A stretch of DNA of 64,000 nt. Origin: a virus (taxonomy: Duplodnaviria > Caudoviricetes). Shown piece after piece: positions 10,701 to 22,000 of this stretch. Numbering within the stretch: position 1 is the first letter of the stretch; every line of letters starts with the position of its first letter. The translations under genes were made by a program, and so were the position numbers. The DNA lies in the IMG/VR virus record IMGVR_UViG_3300032304_001448, positions 4,207-68,206 of that record. The stretch is one strand, 5' to 3'. The notes beneath the pieces are model-generated. The model was not told the origin of the DNA and did no database searches. It saw nothing but the letters and a program-made list of their open reading frames with translations.

Positions 10701-11360
10701 CGTGAGGCGTTACTTGCTTCAGCCAATGACACCTTCGGCTACCATTGGGGCCGGATCGGTCTTGAGCTTCCGGAGGCTTACAAGCTCTCGGACTCGGCGA
10801 TCAAACGCATGGTCAACGCGGCCGAGGAGCAGTTGATGCTGGCCGGAAAGTGGGTCGGGACGGTGGCCGAGTATACGCTTTCGGTGAACGCCACGGGCGA
10901 GTTCTTCCTGCCGGCCGAGGTGGAGACGATTCTTTTCATGTCCTTCGACGGAGATCCCAAGCCGGTCCATGACCGACTCAACGAGTGGATCAAAGGCGGC
11001 ACGGGTTACCGGGAGACTGATGACAGTTGGCGTGAAGGCGCGGTCGACCGCGGCGAAGCGATCGATCCGGCCGATGGTTTCCTCAAGCGCAAATACTGGA
11101 TTACCCTACCGAACGTGGTTCCGGTGGTCCGTATCCTGGCCAAACGCCGGTTTGTTCCCCATACGAGCAACTCGGAGAAGATGTATCTCCGCAACTACCA
11201 AGCGGTCTACGAGGCGACCAAGGGGATCCTCCTCGGGGGCGAGCAAATCACCCCGCATATCGAGAAGGCCAAGGAGATGCTTTCCGGCCAGATCGCCCAA
11301 CAGAACTTCACAGGGAACCGCGGAGCCGCGCACACCCGTCGCGTTCTTATGTTTCGGTGA
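7770..11360 (+). CDS. head-tail adaptor (tubular protein A-like) expanded by tandem 104-aa helical repeats
   Basis: N-term IDQRINEAQRRL and C-term VNAAEEQLM..GKW.GT..YTL....GEFFLP.EVETI resemble adaptor proteins; internal repeats. Confidence 0.55.
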   Translation: MATYLEARNLLAPYVDNGVAVTDTTRIDQRINEAQRRLIDHYNFLSRREELEKSPLVWQSGGTTGVPTTGDLILDNLDATKTMILSLWREENNQLELATALETKANSYIERNLMNEVERARRTTFQSLATSNGQNTFGGMTGRIGLETLVQYRLPESRLKSYINQAYQQAVDHYNFVSRREDKAKTSLTFAALTSDAAQFDSLLPVEVVRLLALSIIAADNGADGAGLKTQALELIERNVTADVERTRRGQSGEEGRLHNELPDGVKIPTARMTQYLSQAASDASLHYDFLARREDYSTGIKPNPFTFEVRKKLVESYTATANAAAEVAASLKQEAFALIERDLMDDVETVRRAAGGTEGQLHNELPEGVKIPTARLTTYLAQAQTEASAHYSFLSRREDYAGGTTPSPFPYEVRKKLVESYLATTSGAVDAASALKQEALALVERNLMQEIEAARRVAGGEAGRLHNELPEGVKIPTSRMNEYLTQSAADAGAHWDFLARREDYSSGTKPNPFPFEIREKLVESYIATAAAAPDVAASLKQEAFAIIERNLMAQVEAARRAAAGEEGKLHNELPEGVKISTARMTTYLAQAATEAGAHWDFLARREDYSSGTKPNPFSYEVRKSLVESYVAGATGAVDVATAKKQESLAVIERDLMAQVEAARRAAAGEEGRLHNELTNGVAISTTRLTQHLAQAALDASAHYDFLARREDYFGGTKPNPFPFEVRKRLVESYVAATNAASDVASALKAEAQAVIERDLMFEIEATRRGEAGEEGRLHNELPEGVKVSTSRLTTYLSQAATEAGTHWDFLARREDYSSGTKPNPFTYEVRKKYVESYVASSTGAIEAASALKAEAQALIERDLMTQVEAARRAAAGDEGKLHNELPDGVTIPTGRLTTYLGQASTEVGAHQAFVQRREEYNGTVPAPTYEQKKLLVEAYLATSKGQSDVAAALKQQAVALVERDVMTEIEGTRRATREALLASANDTFGYHWGRIGLELPEAYKLSDSAIKRMVNAAEEQLMLAGKWVGTVAEYTLSVNATGEFFLPAEVETILFMSFDGDPKPVHDRLNEWIKGGTGYRETDDSWREGAVDRGEAIDPADGFLKRKYWITLPNVVPVVRILAKRRFVPHTSNSEKMYLRNYQAVYEATKGILLGGEQITPHIEKAKEMLSGQIAQQNFTGNRGAAHTRRVLMFR
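8529..10700 (+). repeat. seven tandem 312-nt (104-aa) coding repeats
   Basis: LHNEL codons at 8541, 8853, 9165, 9477, 9789, 10101, 10413 (exact 312-nt period). Confidence 0.95.
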
Positions 11361-11388
11361 TATAGTAATAACGCCCTAAAGATGACCA

Positions 11389-11730
11389 ATGACCGCCCTA
11401 CAGATTGCCCGCGATTGGCACCGGAAATACGTCTCGGAGCGGACGTTCGAAATCGCGCTGGAGTATTATCTGCTTCACGGGCTCGTGCATGTGACGCCGA
11501 ACGTCTTTCTGTGCGCGGAGGAATTACATTGGAACGGGGAGAAAGCTGAAATGGATAAAGAACCGAACGCTTGGTTTGTCTATATGGCTGCGGCCACCGG
11601 CACGGAAAATCCGGTGCGCGAGATGGTCCGTGTCGCCCCGAATCCACAACCTTTTGTCATTTGGTCGCGCAACAATAACGGGTTGCGTGTCTATCGCCAC
11701 GAACACCTAGCTAGAAAGGTGGGTCTCTAA
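11389..11730 (+). CDS. putative GNAT-like acetyltransferase of virion assembly
   Basis: 113 aa just upstream of ejection-protein genes, the position of T7 gp13-like GNATs; WFVYMAA motif. Confidence 0.4.
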   Translation: MTALQIARDWHRKYVSERTFEIALEYYLLHGLVHVTPNVFLCAEELHWNGEKAEMDKEPNAWFVYMAAATGTENPVREMVRVAPNPQPFVIWSRNNNGLRVYRHEHLARKVGL

Positions 11731-14132
11731 TGGGCGGTGGAGGTGGAGGAGGTGGAGGCGGAAACCGTGAAGGTGAAGTCACGGCGAGAATGAACCGCTA
11801 TGTCGCGCAGACACAAGACGACGCCAATAGGCTGATTTCCGCCGTTACGAATCTCGGCAACGAGCTAAAGAGTGACGCACAAAATCTAAGCCAAGATTAC
11901 CTCAAAGGAATTTCTGGAGAGGAAAAAACGGCATTAAACCGCCTTGAGCGGGCGAACAACTGGCTCTCCGATGAGACCAATCGCATGAGCGACACGTTCG
12001 CCAGCGAGATGCGTCAAGCTCTTGAAGATCTTGATGTCGCGGCGAAAACGCTCAACCTCGGACAGCGTGATGATATCGTCGCACAGATCGGCGAATACAA
12101 AAAGCAAGCCGACCAGATCGACGCCGGATACCAATCTTCGATCAACACGGCGCTCGGCCGCATGGAGACCGACGCAGGAAAAGCCGTCGGCGATTTCCGT
12201 GCCGAGTCTTTGTCTGAAACAGACCGCTTCGAGCGCGAGGCTCGTGGAGAGGTTTCCCGCTTCGATGCCGACACCCGTTCGCTCGGAGATATCTTCCGCT
12301 CTGAGACAACCGGAGCGACCGATCGCTTCCGCGCCGATGGCTTGGCCGAAGCGAACCAGACGCAGCGCGACAGCCTAGCGTCGACGGGTCGTTTCGCCGA
12401 TGCTTCCCGTGGAGTGGCCGGTGACTTCGACCGGCGCACGACGGACGCGACCGACAGCTTCCGCTCCGATTCGACCAGCCTTGGTGACCGCTACTTGGAA
12501 TCCATCACCAATTCGATGGATGAATACCGCGGGCTGCTCGACCGTGCGGAGAACCTCACACCGGAGCGACTGAACATCTTCACCCAAGCGGCTGACTTTA
12601 TTTCCAATGCCGCAGTCGATACCCGTGCGCGGATGCTGGCCTCGGCCGACCCCCGTGCCTTGGAGCTTTCGGCCGTCGCCGACGAGAACGCCGCTGCCAT
12701 GATGAGCGGTCGGATCTCGGCCGACACCCAAGCCAATCTGGCCCGCTCCTCCGCGATGCGTGCCTTGCAGGGTGGGTTCGGTGCCTCCAGTGAAATGGGA
12801 CGCGGCTTGTCGGCACGCGACTTGGGCCTGACTTCCCTGGACCTCCAACAACGTGGAACGCAGGACTTCGAGCGTCAGCGGATGCTCAACTACAATACCC
12901 GTGTAGCCGGACTTCAGACCGACGCGACCGGTCTCCTCCGAGACAACCAGCAGCTTCTTTCCCAACGTGCAAATACCACGCTTCAGGCTGGACTCGGCAC
13001 GGCAGAGAGTGATCGCAACCAGCGACAGGCTGCACTCGGCACGGAACTGGCTTCACGGACCGGAGCCGCCCAGCAACTTCTTTCCACGCAACAGGGCTCA
13101 CTCGACCGCCAACTGGCCAGCGAACTCGACACGCTGAATCGTGGTTCGGTCGCTCGTCAAGGTGTATTCGGCACCGAACTCACGGCCCGCACCGGAGCCT
13201 CGCAACAGCTTTACAACAATCAGCAGACCGCCGCGACCAACCGCCTTAATGCGAGCTTGGATACGCTCGGCACTGGACTGAACCAACGGCAGAACATCTT
13301 CGACACCGCGCTCGGGGCGCGTCTGGCCACGATCGACACCCGCACCAATGCCGAACTGGGAACGGCAGGCGATCTCTACAACTCGGGCCGTGAACGTGCC
13401 CGCGATGTCCTCGGTTTGAACATGGCCAACACCAGCACGTTTGCCGATCTGGAACGTAGTCGGGCGCAACAGCGGTTCAACACTGGCGCGGGATTGTCGG
13501 CACGCTTGTTCGATGTGGGCATGAGCACGGCCGGATCCTTGTATGGAACCAACGTCAATGCGGCTTCGAATTTCTATACCAATAACGTGAACTCGCTAGG
13601 CAGCGTGTTTAACACGCGGATGGGGGCTTCCGAAAAGGCAGTCAGTATGCGGGACGTAGCCGAGCGCCAGAAACTCGCCAATCTGACGCAGGTTCGATCC
13701 AACGCGGCAACCGCCATCGAAAGTGCAGCCGAAGCCGACTACCAATACCGGATGCAGCAGCAAGCGGCAAACAACTCAATGTGGGGTAACATCATCGGGA
13801 CGGGTGCTACGGTTCTTGGAGGAGTTGCCGGGGGTATACTTGGTTCTGCCGGTGGGCCGATGGGGACTATGGCGGGCGCTTCTTTAGGTTCCTCGCTAGG
13901 AGGAATGGCCGGACAAGCTGCGGCTGGAAGTCTCGGATATGGCGGTCAATACGGAGCCATGATGGGGACCAACCAAGGGATGTCCTCAGTCGGTATGTTT
14001 TCGTCGATGCTCGGAAGTAGAAGCACCAGCGGAATGAGCCGTTCGCAGATGTCGTCGGCAACTATGCCTGGAACAACCGGAACGTATCAGTCGTGGGCGG
14101 GCGGCTACATTCCAAAAGCAACAGCAGCCTAA
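11730..14132 (+). CDS. internal virion / DNA ejection protein
   Basis: MGGGGG N-terminus, long amphipathic helical repeats, C-terminal glycine-zipper hydrophobic segment. Confidence 0.6.
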   Translation: MGGGGGGGGGGNREGEVTARMNRYVAQTQDDANRLISAVTNLGNELKSDAQNLSQDYLKGISGEEKTALNRLERANNWLSDETNRMSDTFASEMRQALEDLDVAAKTLNLGQRDDIVAQIGEYKKQADQIDAGYQSSINTALGRMETDAGKAVGDFRAESLSETDRFEREARGEVSRFDADTRSLGDIFRSETTGATDRFRADGLAEANQTQRDSLASTGRFADASRGVAGDFDRRTTDATDSFRSDSTSLGDRYLESITNSMDEYRGLLDRAENLTPERLNIFTQAADFISNAAVDTRARMLASADPRALELSAVADENAAAMMSGRISADTQANLARSSAMRALQGGFGASSEMGRGLSARDLGLTSLDLQQRGTQDFERQRMLNYNTRVAGLQTDATGLLRDNQQLLSQRANTTLQAGLGTAESDRNQRQAALGTELASRTGAAQQLLSTQQGSLDRQLASELDTLNRGSVARQGVFGTELTARTGASQQLYNNQQTAATNRLNASLDTLGTGLNQRQNIFDTALGARLATIDTRTNAELGTAGDLYNSGRERARDVLGLNMANTSTFADLERSRAQQRFNTGAGLSARLFDVGMSTAGSLYGTNVNAASNFYTNNVNSLGSVFNTRMGASEKAVSMRDVAERQKLANLTQVRSNAATAIESAAEADYQYRMQQQAANNSMWGNIIGTGATVLGGVAGGILGSAGGPMGTMAGASLGSSLGGMAGQAAAGSLGYGGQYGAMMGTNQGMSSVGMFSSMLGSRSTSGMSRSQMSSATMPGTTGTYQSWAGGYIPKATAA

Positions 14133-14135
14133 TTT

Positions 14136-14579
14136 ATGGTCAACTACCAAGCACCTCCCGCCATTGATATCGCACCCTGGGGCTGGAACCCGGCAGCGAC
14201 GTTCCAGAAAGCATATAACGACGCCCAAGAAGAGAAGCGGGCGCAGCAGGAGTTTGAGGTTGGTATGGAGCTAGAACGCTTTTTGCTGCCGATGAAAAAG
14301 CAGCAAGCGCAGTTGGCGCTGGAGAAGATGAACTTGGAGATGGAACGGACTCGCGGGGAGATTGACCGCCAGCGCATCCTCACCCGTCAGATGACTGAGG
14401 TAACCCGCAACACAAACCGTGGGTTCAATAGCGGGCTTTCGGGGGGTGCGGCTACTGGGGCACAAGGATATCAAAGCCAATTCGGGTTTGGACGTGGATT
14501 GCGTCAGCCGACCCAAACATCTTCAGCAAAGACGACTTGGAAGGTCGTAACACCAGCGCCAACTCCAAAAGGACCTTAG
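14136..14579 (+). CDS. putative internal virion protein
   Basis: Coiled-coil Q/E/R-rich ORF in ejection cluster. Confidence 0.55.
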   Translation: MVNYQAPPAIDIAPWGWNPAATFQKAYNDAQEEKRAQQEFEVGMELERFLLPMKKQQAQLALEKMNLEMERTRGEIDRQRILTRQMTEVTRNTNRGFNSGLSGGAATGAQGYQSQFGFGRGLRQPTQTSSAKTTWKVVTPAPTPKGP

Positions 14580-14580
14580 T

Positions 14581-16026
14581 ATGAGCTTACGTATTCAGGT
14601 CGATGGTGTCGGTCTCGTTGAGGTCGATCCAAGTTTTCAGGAGCTTTCCCCGCAAGAGCAGGAAAGTCTCATTGGTGAGATCAAGCAAAGTGTCTCCGGT
14701 GGTCGGATGGCCAGCGATGCCGTAGCTCCCGCTCCGGCGTCCACGCCGATCAATGCTTCGCGGTCTAACTTTGATCTGGACGCGGCTATCCCTGATCCGC
14801 AGCCCCAAGCGGTGCAGAGTGCAGCACCGCAGCAGGCTGGGCAGAATGCTTTGGCCGGAACTCCTTTTGATTACCAGCGTGGATCACAAGTCCTTGAACA
14901 ATTCGCCGCGGATTTCATGGACAAGGAGAACATCGTCACCGGAGCGAAGTATGGTGACAAGGCGATGATCGAAGAAGACTGGATCAACGCCCGGAATCAG
15001 ATCTACGCGCCTGAATTTGAAAGACTTGGCATCAATCCCGCCAAGGCACAAATCGCGGCCGATCAAGTGGTCAGAGGTAAAGCGAGAAACATGCTCGAAG
15101 CTCTCGGGATTCCTGAACCGCAGAACAACCCAACGGTCAACCTTTCACCGGAGCAAGTCGAAGAGGCGAACAAGATCCAAACCAACATACTAAACAACAT
15201 CAATCTGGCCAACGAGACTGAAGACCCAGCCCAAAAGCGGGCGTATCAGCGCCTCGCTTCGGAGGGGACTCAAAAGTTGCGAAGTATGAGTGGAGCACCA
15301 GAGCCCACACCTTTCGAGCGAATCGAAAACATAAACAGCGTCTTGGGTGAGCTTGGTCGTAAGAGAGAGCGCGGAGGTCTTGGCACGGTAGAATACGACG
15401 GAGTGCGTTACCCTGTATCAGGAGCAGCGGAACTCGAAGCTGATTTGGCCTCAGAGCGAGCCGACCTTCTCGATCTTTTGGCAACTAATGCCGAAGCGCG
15501 GGCCTCAATTCGTGTGCGTCCGCAAAACGCGATTGTCTATGAGACCGACAGCAAAGGTAATCCCCGTAAGGGCACGGATGGTAAATTCGTCATCAACCCG
15601 AAAGCGACCGCAGCGAAGTGGGATGAACTGCAAAGCAGTGCACGGGAGGGTGAGCTTATCGAGCGGGAAGACGGGACGATCGGGCCTTTCATGGGGGCAA
15701 AAGAAAAGAGAAAAGGTGGTGAAGGCTATTGGACGCCGGATGTAATGGAGCCGGCTTTGGCTGGTGCTGGCGTGGTCGCCGGGGGAGTTGCTACCGGAGT
15801 CGCCCGTTTAATCCCTAAAGTCGCGAGCGTGGCAGGGGATGCCGTATCTGCTTTTGACTCAATCACCGGAGGTCGGCAGACGCGCAACGCGATCTCTAAA
15901 ATACCGACTGCACTTGGCGGAGGTAGCCCTTCCGTAATGCTGGCTGAACGAGGTTTACGTTACCTTTCCGAGATCGGTCTGAAATCCCAGGAAGCAGAGA
16001 AAAAGAAGAAGCTGGCCGGCCAGTAG
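14581..16026 (+). CDS. putative internal virion protein
   Basis: 481 aa, helical, in ejection cluster. Confidence 0.55.
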   Translation: MSLRIQVDGVGLVEVDPSFQELSPQEQESLIGEIKQSVSGGRMASDAVAPAPASTPINASRSNFDLDAAIPDPQPQAVQSAAPQQAGQNALAGTPFDYQRGSQVLEQFAADFMDKENIVTGAKYGDKAMIEEDWINARNQIYAPEFERLGINPAKAQIAADQVVRGKARNMLEALGIPEPQNNPTVNLSPEQVEEANKIQTNILNNINLANETEDPAQKRAYQRLASEGTQKLRSMSGAPEPTPFERIENINSVLGELGRKRERGGLGTVEYDGVRYPVSGAAELEADLASERADLLDLLATNAEARASIRVRPQNAIVYETDSKGNPRKGTDGKFVINPKATAAKWDELQSSAREGELIEREDGTIGPFMGAKEKRKGGEGYWTPDVMEPALAGAGVVAGGVATGVARLIPKVASVAGDAVSAFDSITGGRQTRNAISKIPTALGGGSPSVMLAERGLRYLSEIGLKSQEAEKKKKLAGQ

Positions 16027-16044
16027 CACAGCCATCCGCCAACG

Positions 16045-16055
16045 GCTATATTAAC
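16045..16055 (+). promoter_or_regulatory. putative -10 element for a leaderless transcript of the giant gene
   Basis: GCTATATTAAC; TATATT ends 5 nt before ATG 16058; identical 11-mer with the same spacing precedes the tRNA at 40167. Confidence 0.45.
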
Positions 16056-16057
16056 GG

Positions 16058-19000
16058 ATGACTTCGGAGCAGCGTCGGCAAGAGAGTGAGGCTTACTGGT
16101 TTCGGTCGCCAGCCGCCCGCAACGTGCTGGAAGATTTCGGGGCAGCCCGTGATGACGAAGAGGAGACGATCATAACTGAGGAAGGTCAGGAGCCGGAGCC
16201 CGTGACCCTGACGCCGGAGACTAGTGTCGAAGACGTGGTCCGCAACGAACCCGAGCCGCCGCCCCGAGAATTTACCGATGTCTATGAGTTCTTCGCTTCG
16301 CAACAGGGCAAGGATTTAACCCAAGAGCGGTATGAAGAGCGGGGGATTGAGGGGTATGAAGTCGGGGAGTTGTTCCCGCGGGAGCAACGTGGGCTAGGTG
16401 GTGAAGCTGGGGCGGGATTTGCCCGTGGTGTCGACCAGACACAGGCGATGGGATTCGGGTTGCTCGGGCTCATGGGTGAGGCGTTGGGGGTCGAGGGGCT
16501 CTCGGACTTGGGGGTCGATGGCTACATCCGCAACATGGAAGAGGCGGCAAAGAACCAAGCCTCGGTGCAGGATCCTTTCGAGGAAATCGGCGGGGCAGGA
16601 GACGCGGCTCGCTACGCGACCGGAATCATTTTCGAACAGCTTCCTCAGTTGGCTCTCTCCCTGGTCGGCGGCGGCATAGGCGGATACACCGCGAGATCCC
16701 TTGCCAGCAAAGTCGTCGCCAATGAGATTGGCCGACGCATCAAGGCAGGCGCAGCCAAAGAGGTCGCCGAAAGTGAAGTGGCGCAAATGGTGGCTGAACG
16801 TATGCTGCGTGGGGCGGGAACCAAAATTGTCGAATCGGCGACGAAGTCCGGAGCTTTTGGCGGGGCCTATGTCGCCAACGTCGGGCAGATTGCGGGTGGT
16901 AGTTTTGGCGAGATCGAGCAGGAGACGGGTCTTCGTGATCCGGTCAACGCGCTCGGCTTTGCTCTTCTCGGCGGTGCGCTGGAGACGGGAGCCGAGGCCC
17001 TCCTCGCCGCGCCGATCGCTGGCAAACTGATGCGGGGCACAACAGCCCCGATGACTGGAGCCACGGAACGGGCATTAGGATTCAACGTCGGTCCGGTTGT
17101 TGGAGCAGCCGGTCGCTTGGCGGGAACCTCCGCCGCAGAAGGCGGAACGGAATACGGTCAGACTTTCACGGAACAAGCAGCGGTCGCATCGGCTGACCCC
17201 AATCGCACGCTGGCCGAAGTAGCGTTTACCCCGGAAGCCGAACGCGAGCGTCAGATTTCGGCAGCAGCAGGCGTCGTCGCTGGCGGCGGTATCGGTGCCG
17301 TGAGCCAAGCAGCAAGCTACTTGATTCCTGAAACAAGTCGCAGGGTTCAAGAGAAGTTGCAGCAAAGGCGAGGGGAGCAGGCTCCCGCTGATATCCCAGG
17401 AGATCCTAAAACCGGCCGGCCGTTGAAGGTCCTCGAAGGGAATTGGTCGGAGCCGAAGGTTGTTGGGGGTTTTGATTTTCGCCGTAATGACGAAGGCAAG
17501 GTCGCGATCTTTAACCCTGATCCGCAAAAGTTTGCTGGGTTGCCAAGATTCTCAACGCCGCAAGGCGATGTCTTCTCACTGCTTGATGGTGTCGAGTATC
17601 TCAATCTCCCGACCCGATCGGAAAAAGCTCTGGCACAGAAAGCCCTTGGGTTCTTCGATGACGATGAGGTCGGATCGACGCAGGTAAAACGCACCCCGGT
17701 CCAGAAACCCAAACCGCGCACCCCGGCCACGGAATCGGTGCTCGATGATGGTCCGGACATGACGCCGGCTGGTCAGGCGGTTGGTTCCAATGTGCGGTTC
17801 AATGGCTACGAGGGGTCACTGGCCCAGGATGGTGCGAGATTTTTGCTGCGGGCCAATGATGGCACGGAGGTCGAAGTTCCTGCGGAGAGTGAAGTCGAGA
17901 TCGTTGCGGCCCCTGCGCTGACTCGTCTAACTGCTACCTCGATCCCGGCAGTGCAGACTCCGCCGGTCGAACAACCGACACCGATGCCCGATCTCGCAAC
18001 GATGGGCGCGGAGGAAATTTCCAAAGCGGCACTGGCCCGTCCTGAAGTCTCGATCGTGGACCAAGCAGCGGAGACCGCTGAGACACTGGACCGCAATGCG
18101 GTGACCTTGCTGCGAGATGCGCGGACCACGCTGGAGAGTTCGATCGGGGAGATCGAGCGCCGGGACCTGGCACCGGAAGCCAAGAGCACGCTGACCGAGC
18201 CGCTGTATCAAAAGCTCGTTCAGGTCGAAGACACTTTAAGCAAAGCGCCGGCCGAGGCGACGGCACTCGATGCGGAGATTCAGAAGAGCAAGCAGACGAT
18301 CGCCGATACCAAAGTCGAGCAGGTCAAAGTCGCACAGCAAACGGTCAACCGTCCTCCGGATCAGTCGCGCCAATTTGTCGAGAGCCTGCAACCCAAGGAC
18401 AAGGTGACGGTCTACCTCTCGGACGAGAAAGCCGATGACTCGCTTTCGTTCGGTGCGACTTTCGAAGCCCGCCGTCCGAATGGCAACGTGGTCGTGGTGA
18501 CCGAGCCGGATGCCGAGGGCAACCAAGAGAAGCTCGTCTTTACCCCGCAGCAATACAACCGGCTCGGGATGTTCAAGCAGCCCACACCGAAGCAGTCACC
18601 AGTCGATGTTGCCGTTAATTCGGTGCTCGGACCGAAGCCGACCAAGGCGAAAGCCGAGCGCGTCTTTGGGACACCTTACCAAGAAGGTCAGCCGCAAGAG
18701 GCGTTCTTCGACGATGGTCTCTACGCCAACCCCGGCAAGACGAACAAGGTGCCGGGCGAGGTGCGCTACTTCGACAAGGAAGGTGAGCCTGGGGTCAAAG
18801 AGGTCGTAAACTTCGGCAAGTGGCAGGGCAACTCCCGGGGCACTCTCTTCACCACAGTGCGTCAGATGAACCTCGGACTCGATGTCCCGGTGCCGGATGA
18901 CCAGCTTCAGAATCTTCCCGAAGGTGTGCAAGTGGAGCAGCGCACGATGAAGAACGGTCAGACCGCCAACGTCGTGACTAAGGTCGTCTACAACGGCAAC

Positions 19001-22000
19001 ACCTATCGCCGCGGGGATGCTGCCTATGACTTTTCGGTGAACGGGGAGAACACCGGCCCGGGGGGTTTCGACAATATCTATTTCAACTCACCCGAGCGTT
19101 TGCTTCGCAGTGAGCGGGCTCGCAAGGGCAAGCAGACGCAGAAAGAGAAGGCGGGCAAAACTGTCGGCTCGGTGCAGGCAAAATTGGAAAGCCTCGACGA
19201 GGCCGACCAATTCTTTGTCGGCGATGCACGGGCACGGGCTGCACGGTTCATTGATCGCCGAAGCGACCTCGATCCCGAGGCCAAGGCGATGGCTTCCGAC
19301 GAAGCCGATGCCTCGATCATCGAACAGGTGGCCGGCCGCGATAAGAAGGGTGTGCCTCCGGTGCGCGATCTCGCGCTCTTCAAAAACTTCAACAGCCGGA
19401 TGCTCGATATCTTCGAGAGCAATCAGGAGAACGAGACGGGAGCCGATACCGGCCGCGATGTGCAGGAGGCAGCGCGTCAGATCACCGAGGAACTCGTGGC
19501 CTCGGGACAGACCGCAGCACAGGCATCGGCCGCGGTCGAGCCGATCGTGAAGCGTTGGCAGAGCTACGGAGATTTCAGTCCGATCAAGACGGCGATGACC
19601 AAGGCGCAGAGCGCCAAGAAATCGGCGGTCCGGACCGGACGTAACCAGCGGGCGGCAGAAGCCGATCTCGCCGCGGGGACGACCGGAGATGCGCGGGCCC
19701 AACAGACTCCGGCTGAGAGGTTTGCCGAGCGGACCAGCGATGCCGCGATGGACGGCCGGGAGCGTCTTGGCCGTGTTGTCGGTGAGGATCGCGACCTGCT
19801 TGATGCCTATTGGGCTGAAGAAGAATTGAGCGAAAGTGACCAGCAGCGTGTCGAAGATCTGCTAGAGTATATCCAAGGCAACAAGACTTATGAGCAAATC
19901 AACCAAGCAACCGAACAAGGTTCAGCAATACTTTCTAGAGAACCCAGAGATGGCGACAATCTTCGCCGGGATGCGGTTGCAGAAGGACGTGCCGGAGGAC
20001 TTGCGGAAAGCCGTGGGCGAGGACGCAATCAAGCGGGCGCTGGACGGGGACGTAACCGTGTGGGCCGAACTGATGGTGGCCAAGCCGGAACTGTTCCGGG
20101 AGCGGCCCCTGTCGCTGGTGGAAGACCTGGCTTGGGAGGAACTCCTGACCAACGGAACGCCAGCACCGCGAGGCGAGCCTTCGTCGGCTCCTTCATCGGC
20201 GACCGCGGTCTAGTTGCCGGCCTCTCCGAGGCAGTCGTCGAGAAGATCTACCAAGCAGTCTCGACCACCCTCGACGCTCTCGCCGCGACCAAGGGTCGCC
20301 GCGTTGTTGCCGCGACCGAGGCGAACATGGCCGACCTGATGGGTCGATCAGTTGAAGAACTCGTCGCCGGATACCAAGAGGAATTTTCCAGTTACATGGC
20401 CAACCGTGAGCGGATCGATGCGATCCGCCGCAATGCCCAAGAGGCCGTGCGTAGCCGGATCTTCGAAGGTCCGAAGGCCGCGCTTGAGTTCATGGCTCAA
20501 GATGGCGATCGACCGGCGTTCATGCGGATGGTTGCCAAGGTCGTCTTGAGCCAGGGTCAGCGGTTCGGTCTCAACATTGATGACATCGCGATGCAGGTCG
20601 GTATCTTCCGCCGCAACTTCGCGACCCAGCCTTTGCGCGGTGAAGAAGTGCGGGCTCGGGTGCAGGAAGTTCAAGGCGAGGAAGGTGAGGGTGTCTTCGA
20701 GGTGACCACTCCGGGTGGCGTGGAGACGTATGCTTTCGGCGGTGAGTCGGGGCGCACCCGCAAACAAGCCGGCAAAGAAGCCCGGGCACGGGCGTTCGAT
20801 CTTGTGACCGGACAGACGCGGACCTCTTGGGCCGGTGTGCTCGGAGTCGACGAGAACGCGACTTCGCCAGTCGGCCGCTACTCGGTCGTGCTCAACCTCG
20901 ATAACTGGCATGAGGCCGATGACATCGGGCTGACCATGTTGCACGAGATCGCCCATGTGTTCTCCAAAACAAAGTTCGCCGGACTGGAAAAACTCAACAC
21001 CGTCGAGAAGGCCGCGATCAAAGGAATCGAAGCCTTCCGTGTGCGAATGCTCAAGGCTGTCGCTCGGACCAATGGACTCGAAGTCCCCGCGGGTAATAAC
21101 CCCACAAACCTTGCCAAGTTGAGCCGTCAGGTCGATGACCTCTCCAACCCGAACGTGGTCGGAGCCGATGCCGATCGGCGCTTTGCCTATCTGGTTAATG
21201 CCGAGGAGACCGCCCGCGGGCTCATGGAGAGCCCGGAATTTCTCAAGCTCGCCCTGCAACTCGGGCTCGGTAAAGCCAAGACCAGGGGCAAGAAGACCTC
21301 GCTGTCCGGACCCGTGGCCGAGGCTTGGGGCGACATCGTCGATCTCAACTCTGGCAAAAAGACCGCGGCAACAAGCCCGCTGGCCAACGCTTTCCAAGAT
21401 GCGTGGGACGCAACCTTCGGTGCTCTCGAAGGCACGACCGAGGGCTATGCCAAACCTCCGATCGGAGCGAACCCCTTGGCCCAGGATCTCGCCGCCCTCG
21501 ACCAAGCAACCAATTTTATTGAAGACCAGATCATCGCCCGGGGATTGACTGGCACGACCGCAGAACGTGAAGCATTGCTGCAAGAGTTCATGGCTGCACG
21601 GAACATGGAACGGGGTGCAGAGGCAGTGGTCGAGGAAGCGGACGCCGATGTCGATACGCTGGCTGATCCGGTGACGATGAGTCGGGCAATTTCTAACGAA
21701 AGCCGCGAGGCTTTGTCTAACCAAGGAGCAACCAATGACAGAAGAAACCAACCTGCCTTACAAGCGACCACCCCAGGGATGGGATCCGCAAGTGGAGGCA
21801 ACCAAGTTCAAAGGCAAGCAGTTCGGCCCAACGCCGAGCCAAACCCCTTCGTCCAAGAAGGAGTCAGTGCCTACAATGCCCGTTACGGGCTCGGCGAAGT
21901 AGTCCGCGGGCACTACGCCCCAGTCGACGAACAACGTGCTCGCAGCATAGCTGCGGCTTATGACGCACTCCCGGTCCTCGATGAAGGTCGGGAGACCCAG

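Noticed and set aside
16398-21548. Other +1-frame ORFs in the giant gene (16701, 18510, 19110, 21135)
   Set aside because: Arg/Ser/Pro-rich off-frame composition while the main frame stays protein-like, unlike the four retained nested ORFs
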